A stretch of 60,321 bases of DNA, taken from a virus. Its lineage: Duplodnaviria; Caudoviricetes. The notes beneath the pieces were generated by a model that worked only from the letters and a program-made list of their open reading frames with translations, ran no database searches and was not told the origin of the DNA. The DNA is taken from IMG/VR virus record IMGVR_UViG_3300025154_001315, positions 1 through 60,321 of that record; one strand, 5' to 3'. The number at the start of each line of letters is the position of its first letter. Position 1 is the stretch's first letter. A program made the translations under genes and the position numbers. Positions 17,296 through 26,245 of this stretch are shown here, piece after piece.

Positions 17296-18270
17296 ATGGC
17301 TACCCTGGCAACCCTGATTGCAAACGCGCGGCAGCGGGCCGATATGGTCGGTTCGGACTTCTGCACCGACGATGAGTTCACCACGTGGATCAACGAGAGC
17401 TTGTACGAGCTCTACGACCTGCTCATCCAGAAGTACGGCAACGACTACTTCGTCAGCACCGCGACCATCACAGCCGATGGAACGTCTGACGAGTTCGACC
17501 TGCCGAGCGACATGTACAAGATGATCGGCCTGGACGCGCTGGAGACGGACGAGTACCTGCCGGTGAAGCGATTCAACTTCGCCGAGCGAAACTTCGCCGC
17601 GCTCACCACGACCGTGGACGCCGCGCGCTACCGGCTGCTCGGCGACCAGATCCAGATCTTGCCCCGCCAGTCTTCCGGCCAAGTGTTCCGGCTCTGGTAC
17701 ATCCCCAAGCTGACCAGCATGGTGGCGACGACCCCAAGCGACATCACTGCGAACACAGCGGCCGGGACTACGCTCACCGCTTCCATCACTGGGACCAGCA
17801 CTGCCACGGGCGACGACGCGGGCCCTCACGATGTGGTGTTGCTGCTCGTCTACCACTCCTCCTCCGCCAGCCCGTACCTCGCCGTGTTCGTGGACGGGGA
17901 GTTCGTGGGCGACACGGCGCTCTCCGCTGCGCCGTTCACGGTGGCGTTGAGCACGGTGAGCGCCAAGCTGACTGGCCTGACGCTGAGCGTCGCGGGCAGC
18001 ACCATCGTCCATCCGGTGTACACCTACGCCTGGAGCTTCAACACGGGGGACCCAACCAGCTACAGCCCCACCGCCTGCGATCCGTATCTGGAGTACGTGT
18101 CGGTGGACGTGGCCATCAAGGCGCTGGAGAAGGAAGAGTCCAGCACCACCGAGCTTCGAGAGCGGAAGAAGGCGCTGAAGAAGCGAATCGAGGAGGCCGC
18201 TGAGAACCGAGATGCCGGGCTGCCCGCCACCGTGAGCGACAACTCCGCCAGCTTCGAGGAGGACTACTAG
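17296..18270 (+). CDS. Head-tail adaptor-like protein with an internal Thr-rich insertion
   Basis: TLATLIANARQRADM..WINESLYELYDLL N-terminus; LPSD and LWYIP motifs; position. Confidence 0.65.
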   Translation: MATLATLIANARQRADMVGSDFCTDDEFTTWINESLYELYDLLIQKYGNDYFVSTATITADGTSDEFDLPSDMYKMIGLDALETDEYLPVKRFNFAERNFAALTTTVDAARYRLLGDQIQILPRQSSGQVFRLWYIPKLTSMVATTPSDITANTAAGTTLTASITGTSTATGDDAGPHDVVLLLVYHSSSASPYLAVFVDGEFVGDTALSAAPFTVALSTVSAKLTGLTLSVAGSTIVHPVYTYAWSFNTGDPTSYSPTACDPYLEYVSVDVAIKALEKEESSTTELRERKKALKKRIEEAAENRDAGLPATVSDNSASFEEDY

Positions 18271-18271
18271 G

Positions 18272-18640
18272 ATGGGCCGCCGCATCCCCAGGGTGTACAA
18301 GATCCAGTCCAAGGACCCGGTGTTCAACAGGTTCCAGGACGAGATCGTCGCCGCCATCAACAGCCTTGCGGATGCCGTGGTCAACAGCGTGTCGACCATC
18401 GGGGGCGGTCATGGGGATGCGAGCACCGCTACTACCACTACGGACTCCGCCGGGTGGTACGAGGAGACGTTCTACTACCCCAGCCCGCTCGTGCTGAGCA
18501 GGACGCCGCTGCGCAGTAGTATCATGGTCTTCAAGAATGGCCTGCTGGAGCGCAGCTGGACGCTCAGCGGGCGGTTGGTGGTTCTGGTGTCAGCTCTTAC
18601 TGCCGAGGATGCCCATGTCGTCATTCGCTACCAAGTCTAG
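18272..18640 (+). CDS. Putative virion protein
   Basis: Coupled ORF in the structural operon. Confidence 0.6.
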   Translation: MGRRIPRVYKIQSKDPVFNRFQDEIVAAINSLADAVVNSVSTIGGGHGDASTATTTTDSAGWYEETFYYPSPLVLSRTPLRSSIMVFKNGLLERSWTLSGRLVVLVSALTAEDAHVVIRYQV

Positions 18641-19796
18641 CTTGCTGGTCCTGACGTTGCTGGCCGCCTCCGTCGCCGTGGCGCAGATCACCACGCGGCA
18701 GGCGCGGACAACCGGAGTCCCCGTGGCGGTGGGGGCGCCAGACGCTGGTAGCAACGGGAGCAGCGCCAGCTTCGCGCGGCTGGACCACGTCCACCCGGCA
18801 GGTTACGCTACGACGGCGGAGAGCTTGCTCGCCGACGGGGCGGACTGCACGGCTGGTACTCAGTGCGCCATCGGGGTGGACCAGAACGGCAACGCCGAGG
18901 GGTGCTGGACGCCGGCCAATCCAGTGTCTGATTGCTCTATCGGTGAATTCGTTGACTACATCAACGGGGCCTCGGTGGGCTGCAACCCGGAAGATGACCC
19001 TTCCGTCCCCAGCTGCACCGAAGATCAAATAATCCGCATGGGCGTGACAGCTTGGGGGTGCGGCGCGGCCGTCGAAGCCGAGACTGACCCCACCGTTCCT
19101 GCGGCTGCGATCTGCAGTGATGGCGACTACATGGGCGTGAACGGAACTGCCTGGGACTGCGAGACACCGCCGGTGCTGCACGACATCGCGGAGGCTGGGA
19201 GTTGGAACGGCGGCGCAGGCTGCAGCAGCACCCTTGACGCCCCGGTTTGGAACCAAACGACGCACGAGTGGAACTGCCAGACGCTCATCGCCCTGAACTA
19301 TCTCACCTGTTCGACGGGGCAGGTCCCGCGCAACAACGGGTCCTCGACGGCGTGGGTCTGCGACACGATGGGGGCAGCGTCGAAGAAGCTCTCAGGTGAC
19401 CAGAGCACCACGTCTACCACCTACGGCAATGTGAGCGGATTCTCGTGGACGGCGGCTGCGAGCACTGCTTACGCGGTGGACTGCTACTTCTCCTACAAGA
19501 GTGCGGCGACCACCACTGGCATCGGCCTCGCGTTGGCCGGGCCGGAGAGTGCTACCTTCTCCTACTCGGTCCACATCTGGGAGGGCTCTACCTTTGGTTT
19601 GGTATCCAACCAGAACGAGCCCGCCGCGACGCCAACTACCACCGACGTCGATGCTGCGGATACCTACTACTTCGCCAACATCAAGGGCTTCGTCATCGTA
19701 TCCGGATCGTCAGGGACCATCACGGTGCAGATGAAGTCTGAGGTCGACAGCTCCGCAGTGACTCTTCAAGCCGGTTCCTGGTGCCGCGTAGAGTAA
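18609..19796 (+). CDS. Cys-rich fibre-like protein with an N-terminal signal peptide
   Basis: K..LLVLTLLAASVAVA-Q; FARLDHVHP fibre-type motif; periodic Cys; start 18609 or 18615. Confidence 0.65.
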   Translation: MPMSSFATKSSLLVLTLLAASVAVAQITTRQARTTGVPVAVGAPDAGSNGSSASFARLDHVHPAGYATTAESLLADGADCTAGTQCAIGVDQNGNAEGCWTPANPVSDCSIGEFVDYINGASVGCNPEDDPSVPSCTEDQIIRMGVTAWGCGAAVEAETDPTVPAAAICSDGDYMGVNGTAWDCETPPVLHDIAEAGSWNGGAGCSSTLDAPVWNQTTHEWNCQTLIALNYLTCSTGQVPRNNGSSTAWVCDTMGAASKKLSGDQSTTSTTYGNVSGFSWTAAASTAYAVDCYFSYKSAATTTGIGLALAGPESATFSYSVHIWEGSTFGLVSNQNEPAATPTTTDVDAADTYYFANIKGFVIVSGSSGTITVQMKSEVDSSAVTLQAGSWCRVE

Positions 19797-19806
19797 GGAG
19801 ACCACA

Positions 19807-22761
19807 ATGGCTCTTCAACGACAGACGGTTGCCCTGCCGTTCGCCACGGGCATCGACACGAAGACCGACCCCAAGCAGGTCCAGATGGGGAAGCTGCTCG
19901 CCTTGCAGAACGGCGTGTACCGCACCCCCAAGGCCGTGAGCAAGCGGTACGGAACGGCGAAGCTCGGAGATACGCTGTTCAGCGCCAAGAGTCTGCATAC
20001 CTATAAGGACGAGCTGCTGGATCTTGAGAACACTGGCTCACTGAAGACCATTCCTAACGACAGCGCGGCGACGGAGAAGGGAGATGTGCCGACTGGGGTT
20101 CTCAGCACCTCCCCAATCGTGGCGAACACGAGCGACAACTACAGCGCGGACAGCGCCTATGCCAACGGCTACTGGATGCACTCTTGGGTCGTCCTGGCCA
20201 GCGACGGTCTGTCCTGCACGCTGTACTACTCCGTGGTGGATGCCGCGACCGGGGCCGAAGTGCTGGCAGGCTACGAGGCCAACACTTCCCCCAAGGTGCG
20301 CCCGCGCTGCCTCGCACTCGGCACGAAGCTGTTCCTCATCTACTACTGGGACACGGCCGGAACGATGGTGTTCCGCTCCATGGACACCGAGGCTACCCCC
20401 GCCATCGGCAACCGCACCTCCATCGGTGGCTGTACCAATACCGGCACCTTCGACGCGGTGACCATCGGCTCTGCCATCTACCTTGCCCACCAGGAAGACG
20501 CCACGACCATTCGGCTCACGAAGCTGATTGCCGACGGCACTTCCATCAACATTAGCATCACGGCGGCGTCTGCGGCCTTCGCCATTACGGTCTTCGCAGA
20601 TCGCACTGATACTCCGAGCGTGGTGCTGGCTTGGAACATCACCGGGCATCTGTACTACGCGGGCTACGCTGTGGCGGACCTCGCCGAAGTGCAGGCTCCC
20701 GTGGATCACACGCACACGATATACTCGGACGTGCTGACCGGTGCGTCGTTCGAGGGAAGCTCCGGCGGAGAGTTCTCAATCTTCCTGGGGGCACACTACG
20801 TCTCAGGCATCGACGCTGTCTTCAAAGTAGACGTGTCCGGCTGGGCGGCCACCCCAGCTACGGAGTCTGCGGAAGTGGTGCGCGATGTGCGACTGGTGGG
20901 CAAGGCGTTCGTCGACGATATCAACGACAGCGGGATGTACCTCCCGCTCATCCATACCAGCTCGCTTCAGTCTACGAACTTCCTCTACAACGTCTACACC
21001 TTGCAGTGGGCGGCCCGCTGGAACTATGGAACGGCCTACCGGCAGGCGTACAGCTCCACCGTCACGCGAGCGCTGGCGAGTTCCTGCATGTACACCAACG
21101 CTGCGGGAGATACTTGCTGGTCCATGGCGACTGGCGTGCGAAGCCCTCTGGCTGACCTCTCAGACTCCTCACTGCCTGTGGGCGCGCAGCTCACCACTTG
21201 GAACTTCACCGAGGAGACGTACAAGAACCTCGCGTTGGAGCTGGCGGGGGCGCTGCACTTCTCCGGTCCGCAGCTCACCATGTACGACGGTCGAAACATC
21301 GTGGAGCACGGCTTCTACCTGTGGCCCGAGGGCGTGACCGTCACCGGCACCGAGAGTGGCGGCACGGACGACGCCAACAAGTACGGCTACGTCGTGGTCT
21401 ACACTTGGGTGGACAACTTGGGGCAGGTTCATCGCAGTGCCCCCAGCCCAGTCGTGCAGTACATTCTCAACGATCCTGATCTCAACATCGGCGTGGGCGG
21501 AGTGGATACCACCGTCACCATTCCGCGGCTGAGCATTACCAACAAGACCGGAGTGCAGGCCGTCATCTACCGAACCGAAAAGGCAGGGGGTATCTACTAC
21601 AAGCTCGGCATGACCGCGTGCGGTCCCGCCGCGGGTGACGACGATACGACGTTCGCGGACACCGTCACCGACGCTTCGCTCGTGGCGGGTACTACGCTGC
21701 TCTACACGATGGGTGGAGTGATGCCCAACGCCTGCGCCAACCCCTGCCTGTGTCCCACTGAGTTCCAGGGACGGCTCTTCTACGTCGACTCCGTCAACCG
21801 CTACCGCATCATGTTCAGCCAGCAGGTCGTCAGCAGCAACGGCGGCGCGGCCAGCCCCGTGGAGCTGGTGGACGACTTCTTCATCGGGCTGCCAGAGACC
21901 GGGGGCCCCTGCACTGGCATCGGCGTGCTGGACGAGAAGCTCATCTTCTTCAAGAAGGACCGGCTGTTCCAGTTCGTCGGTCAGCTTCCGGACGTCTTCG
22001 GCATGAACGCGAACTACACGGTTCAGCAGCTCCAGATGAACATGGGCACGGAGGAGCCGAGGAGCATCGTCAGTGGCCCTGACGGGCTGTTCTTCCGCAG
22101 CGCGATGGGCTTGGCCATGCTGGATCGCAGCTTGCAGTCGTCGCTCGTGGGGTACGACGCCGACGGGCTGCTCACCGGCACCGTGGTCGGGGCGGTGGTC
22201 GTGCCAGACCAGCATCAGGTGCGCTTCACGCTGAGTGGCACGGTCACGCTGGTCTACGACTACCTCGCCAAGCAGTGGAGCCACTTCACGCACTCCGCCG
22301 ACGGGCTGAGCGCGGTGCTCTACCAGGATCTGCACGTCCGCCTGGGCGACGATGGTGTCCTCCTCCAGGACGACGTCACCACCTACGCGGACAACGGAGT
22401 GTTCGTTCCGTACTCCATGACGACGTCCTGGGTGCAGTTCTCCAATCTCCAGGGGTTCCAGCGGGTGCGCCGCGCCCTGCTGGTCGGGGAGTGCCTGGGG
22501 GTTTGCTACGTCAACGTCAGCGTGTACTATGACTACCAGACCCCTGTCGTACAGACGTTCGCCTCCTTTGAAGCATCCCCCGCCACCGTGCCGTTCAAGC
22601 ACAGGTACGATCTGGCACGACAGAAGTGCTCGGCGCTGAAGCTGGTCATCAGCGACGCCGAGAGCAGCGACCCGTCTTGCGGAATGTCGTTCTCCGCGCT
22701 GACGTTCGAAGCTGGGATGAAGCAGGGCAGCGACAAGGTGCCTGCCTCGCAGGCGGACTAG
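19807..22761 (+). CDS. Tail nozzle/stabilisation-like protein (P22 gp10 / T7 gp12-like position)
   Basis: 984 aa, beta-rich; follows the adaptor and precedes the ejection-like genes. Confidence 0.65.
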   Translation: MALQRQTVALPFATGIDTKTDPKQVQMGKLLALQNGVYRTPKAVSKRYGTAKLGDTLFSAKSLHTYKDELLDLENTGSLKTIPNDSAATEKGDVPTGVLSTSPIVANTSDNYSADSAYANGYWMHSWVVLASDGLSCTLYYSVVDAATGAEVLAGYEANTSPKVRPRCLALGTKLFLIYYWDTAGTMVFRSMDTEATPAIGNRTSIGGCTNTGTFDAVTIGSAIYLAHQEDATTIRLTKLIADGTSINISITAASAAFAITVFADRTDTPSVVLAWNITGHLYYAGYAVADLAEVQAPVDHTHTIYSDVLTGASFEGSSGGEFSIFLGAHYVSGIDAVFKVDVSGWAATPATESAEVVRDVRLVGKAFVDDINDSGMYLPLIHTSSLQSTNFLYNVYTLQWAARWNYGTAYRQAYSSTVTRALASSCMYTNAAGDTCWSMATGVRSPLADLSDSSLPVGAQLTTWNFTEETYKNLALELAGALHFSGPQLTMYDGRNIVEHGFYLWPEGVTVTGTESGGTDDANKYGYVVVYTWVDNLGQVHRSAPSPVVQYILNDPDLNIGVGGVDTTVTIPRLSITNKTGVQAVIYRTEKAGGIYYKLGMTACGPAAGDDDTTFADTVTDASLVAGTTLLYTMGGVMPNACANPCLCPTEFQGRLFYVDSVNRYRIMFSQQVVSSNGGAASPVELVDDFFIGLPETGGPCTGIGVLDEKLIFFKKDRLFQFVGQLPDVFGMNANYTVQQLQMNMGTEEPRSIVSGPDGLFFRSAMGLAMLDRSLQSSLVGYDADGLLTGTVVGAVVVPDQHQVRFTLSGTVTLVYDYLAKQWSHFTHSADGLSAVLYQDLHVRLGDDGVLLQDDVTTYADNGVFVPYSMTTSWVQFSNLQGFQRVRRALLVGECLGVCYVNVSVYYDYQTPVVQTFASFEASPATVPFKHRYDLARQKCSALKLVISDAESSDPSCGMSFSALTFEAGMKQGSDKVPASQAD

Positions 22762-22771
22762 GGAGCTTGGA

Positions 22772-25700
22772 ATGCCGTTGTTCACCGATATGGTGAAGAC
22801 CGCCACGGCGCGGAAGACCGGTTCGAGCGGGTTGGCCCTGGGCGGCAAGCAGCCCAGGGTCTTCCCGTTCGACAGGGAGCCTGCGACGCCCGGCCTGCTG
22901 GACGGTGTGGCGAGCAGCAGCGTCGCGGGGCAGTACAGCGCTCCTGTGGCCTCGCCGGAGCCGGTAGCGGCCCCCACACAGGCCCCCGCCCCAAAACCGC
23001 AGGGCGATGCCTCCCTGCCCTTCGAGAGCGCCTCCGCAACCCCCGCCGCACCCCTGCCTTTTGCGCCCCCGCCAGAGCAGGTTGACGGGCTGGTGCTACC
23101 CGACATGAGCGTGGGCGACCCCGATGCCTTCACGGGTGAGGCCTTCGACCCGTACTCGGACGACGGCCTGGACGCCTGGGGCTTCGACAGGGAGGGCTTC
23201 GGCAAGGACGGGTTCAACAAGGCCGGCTACGACCGCGAGGGCTACAACCGCGACGGCCTGAACGCTGCGGGCTACGACCGTGACGGCCTGGGCTGGGGTG
23301 TGATGAAGCCCGATGACTTCGAGCCGCCCTACAACCCGAAGTACGACACGAAGAAGGATGGAGACCAGCGGTTTGATATGGGCGGCGCCAGGACGCGCAC
23401 GGCCGCCGAGAAGGCCGCCGCCGCAGAGAATTACCAAGGAGGGTCTGACTTCGTCGGCGATGCGGACGAAGAGGAAAGGCCCGGCCCTCCGGGCTCCAGC
23501 ACCGGCACCGACGCGCCGGATTACCACGAAGGTGGAATCGTAGGCTACGCAGAAGGAGGCACCGTGTCCAGTCCAGTGTGGGGCTACGACGTCATCAACG
23601 GCGTTCGTACCGACGGCAACGAGCAGGCACGCAACGATCAGCTCGCCTACATCCAGCAGTTGCAGGAGCTCGCGGCGGGGCGGGGCCCCAGCGCGGCCCG
23701 TGCTCAGCTCATGCTCGCGATGACGCAGAACCAGAACAACATGGCGGCGCAGGCGGCGAGCGCGCGGGGCATCAACCCCGCGCTGGCGCTGACCAACGCC
23801 CTCCGCCAAGGGAGCATGGCCAATCAGAACAGCGCAGGGCAGGCTGCCCTGCTCAGGGCGCAGGAGCAGCTCGCCGCCACGGGGCAGCTTGGCACTGCGC
23901 TCGGGCAGATGCGTCAGCAGGATCTGCTCAGTTCGCAGCTCTCGCAGCAGGCCGCTCTCGCCAACCAGAATCGGCTCGACAACATCCTGGGAGCGCTCAT
24001 CACGGGAGGTGCATCCGCGCTGGCCAAGAGCGGGCTCGGTGGCGGGGGTGGAGGGATGCCCAGCAGCAAGGGCGGCGACGGCCCCAGCACCGATGTCGGT
24101 TCCAGCGGGCTGGCGCTGGGCAGCAAGGACGGCAAGCCCGGAGCATCCCCGTTCAGCGACGACAAGGTGTACGCCGATGACTTCTACATCCCCGGCGTGA
24201 CCCCTACCACGACCATCAGCAGCGGCGACGTGGGTAACAGCAGCGTCAGCACCACCGAGGGGCTGGACCAGGGACCCGCCCCGCTGCCCGAGCAGCCTGC
24301 CTTCGACGTCAGCGGCGCGGAGATGCCCTTCTACGACGCGCTGCCTCCGGGCGGTGGCGTGCTGAGCGAGCTTCCTTCCGACATCCCGGTGATGGTCGGC
24401 GGTGAAGAGCTCGGCGGTGATCTCGTCCCCGAGCCCGCTCCGCTCGAATCCCTGCCCGAGCTGGATATGCAGATCCAGCCCACCGAGCCTGACTTCTTCC
24501 TGCCGGAGGAGAAGCTCGAAGAGCCGGTCTACGACCCCTACGAGGACAACTACGGCGGGGACTTCCCGTCTTCCGACGAGAGCGAGGCCCCCAGCGAGCC
24601 TGTGGAGACGGAGGCTCCTCCCGAGCCCGCCGATGACGACGAAGACCCGAACGACTGGACCGGGGAGGAGTGGTTCAGCGGCGGCATGGCCGGGACGCAA
24701 GACCTGGACGACGAGGGTGGCCCCGTGCCGGGTGAGCCCAAGTACCCCGGCGTGGACCACCCCGCCAACGACACCGTGGACGCGGAGCTGACCCCGAAGG
24801 AGGTGGTGCTGCCCCTGAGCGTGACGCAGTCCGCCAATCCGCCGGAGGCGGCGCGGGCCTTCATGCAGTCCGTCATGGACCAGGAGGAGGGCGAGCCGGA
24901 CTACGGCGACGTGCTGGAGGCGCGGCGGTTCGCGGAGGGTGGAGAGGTCCCTGCCGCAAAGCCCAGCTTCATGGACAACGTGCGAAAGGGCTGGAGCGAG
25001 TTCGACATGAAGGGCGCTCTGGCGGACGCAGTCAAGCAGAGCGTCGTGGGAGGGCTGGGCGCGGGCATGAACACGGTCAGCGGCAACATCCCCAAAATGC
25101 TGTCCGACGTCTATGCCCCGTTCGCCCCCGCCGTGGACAAGCACATCACCCGCCCCGCCCTCAACGCGGCGGGGCAGCACCTGAGCCCCAAGGGCGAGCT
25201 GGCCATGCGCTCCATGGCGCAGGGGTTGCTCAACCCCATCGAGGGCGTGAGCCCCGGCGACCAGCTCGATGAGTACGGGATGACCCCGAAGGGCCGAGGG
25301 GCGGTGGAGGACACATCCCCCGCCGCCATGTTCGCCATGACGCAGGTGCCCAACCTACTCATGGGCGCGGCGTCCAGGTTGCGGCCCGCCGCCGCTCCGG
25401 CCTCGCGTGGCGCGCAGTGGGACGCCTACCTGAAGGCGCAGGGCAAGCCTGCGCTCAAGGCGGCTCCGCCCCTGGCTTCGCCGGAGAGCACCCGCGCTGC
25501 CCCCGCGTCGTACGTTGCCGATGTCCGCGACATCGACGATCTGCTCAACCTGAACGTCAGGCGCGAGCCCGTCGGTGGCGACTTCATGGCGATGGAGAAG
25601 GCGCAGATCTTCGACAGGAAGAGCAAGGGCCCCATCAACATCGACCCGCCCGGCAAGGTGACTCCGGCCTTTGAGCGCGCCCCCGACACCGACCTCACCG

Positions 25701-25969
25701 TCGCGCAGTTGGACGAAGTGCTGAACTGGCTGCACAAGGAACAGGGCCGCGCGCACCTCCGGCCTGACGGCGGCCAGCGTAGCAGCGGCCCGCTACAGAC
25801 GAAGAGCAGCCCCTACGACGCCGGCCCTCCCGCCGACACCTACGGGGACTGGGCCGAGTTCATGGACTTCAACGGCGTGCCGGGCGCTCCGAGGACGGCG
25901 GGTACGCAGACGAACGCGAGCGTGAGGGCCGTGGGGGAAGTGACGAAGCCCGGTAAGGTTCGTCGTTAG
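22772..25969 (+). CDS. Putative ejection/pilot protein, low complexity
   Basis: Gln/Ala helical segment, G(F/Y)DxxG repeats, repeated [YF]xxGG motifs. Confidence 0.55.
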   Translation: MPLFTDMVKTATARKTGSSGLALGGKQPRVFPFDREPATPGLLDGVASSSVAGQYSAPVASPEPVAAPTQAPAPKPQGDASLPFESASATPAAPLPFAPPPEQVDGLVLPDMSVGDPDAFTGEAFDPYSDDGLDAWGFDREGFGKDGFNKAGYDREGYNRDGLNAAGYDRDGLGWGVMKPDDFEPPYNPKYDTKKDGDQRFDMGGARTRTAAEKAAAAENYQGGSDFVGDADEEERPGPPGSSTGTDAPDYHEGGIVGYAEGGTVSSPVWGYDVINGVRTDGNEQARNDQLAYIQQLQELAAGRGPSAARAQLMLAMTQNQNNMAAQAASARGINPALALTNALRQGSMANQNSAGQAALLRAQEQLAATGQLGTALGQMRQQDLLSSQLSQQAALANQNRLDNILGALITGGASALAKSGLGGGGGGMPSSKGGDGPSTDVGSSGLALGSKDGKPGASPFSDDKVYADDFYIPGVTPTTTISSGDVGNSSVSTTEGLDQGPAPLPEQPAFDVSGAEMPFYDALPPGGGVLSELPSDIPVMVGGEELGGDLVPEPAPLESLPELDMQIQPTEPDFFLPEEKLEEPVYDPYEDNYGGDFPSSDESEAPSEPVETEAPPEPADDDEDPNDWTGEEWFSGGMAGTQDLDDEGGPVPGEPKYPGVDHPANDTVDAELTPKEVVLPLSVTQSANPPEAARAFMQSVMDQEEGEPDYGDVLEARRFAEGGEVPAAKPSFMDNVRKGWSEFDMKGALADAVKQSVVGGLGAGMNTVSGNIPKMLSDVYAPFAPAVDKHITRPALNAAGQHLSPKGELAMRSMAQGLLNPIEGVSPGDQLDEYGMTPKGRGAVEDTSPAAMFAMTQVPNLLMGAASRLRPAAAPASRGAQWDAYLKAQGKPALKAAPPLASPESTRAAPASYVADVRDIDDLLNLNVRREPVGGDFMAMEKAQIFDRKSKGPINIDPPGKVTPAFERAPDTDLTVAQLDEVLNWLHKEQGRAHLRPDGGQRSSGPLQTKSSPYDAGPPADTYGDWAEFMDFNGVPGAPRTAGTQTNASVRAVGEVTKPGKVRR

Positions 25970-26160
25970 AGGCGCTTGAAGTTCTTGCGGGCCTTGCAGA
26001 TGACGGTGTAGTCGTCACGGTTGCCAGGAGTACACAGCGAGCGGTCTTTGGCCTTGCAGGGCATGTCGCACAGGTGGTCATTGCAGCAAATCCACCTTCC
26101 GCCGGTAGTGCCCTCGGCGGGTGTCTGATACAGGAAGGGGCACCGCACGTCTTTGGTCAT
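25966..26160 (-). CDS. Antisense Cys-rich 64 aa protein with its own promoter
   Basis: AAGGAG RBS; 7 Cys; promoter at 26195-26222. Confidence 0.75.
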   Translation of the reverse strand: MTKDVRCPFLYQTPAEGTTGGRWICCNDHLCDMPCKAKDRSLCTPGNRDDYTVICKARKNFKRL

Positions 26161-26194
26161 GTGGCTCTCCTTGTTAAGTGCTACCCTTGCCTAC

Positions 26195-26222
26195 ATGGTA
26201 CGCCCCGCAAACCCGATAGCAA
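26195..26222 (-). promoter_or_regulatory. Sigma70-like promoter TTGCTA-16-TACCAT
   Basis: Matches the phage promoter consensus. Confidence 0.7.
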
Positions 26223-26245
26223 GGCCCTGGGCCCGGAGAAACTAG

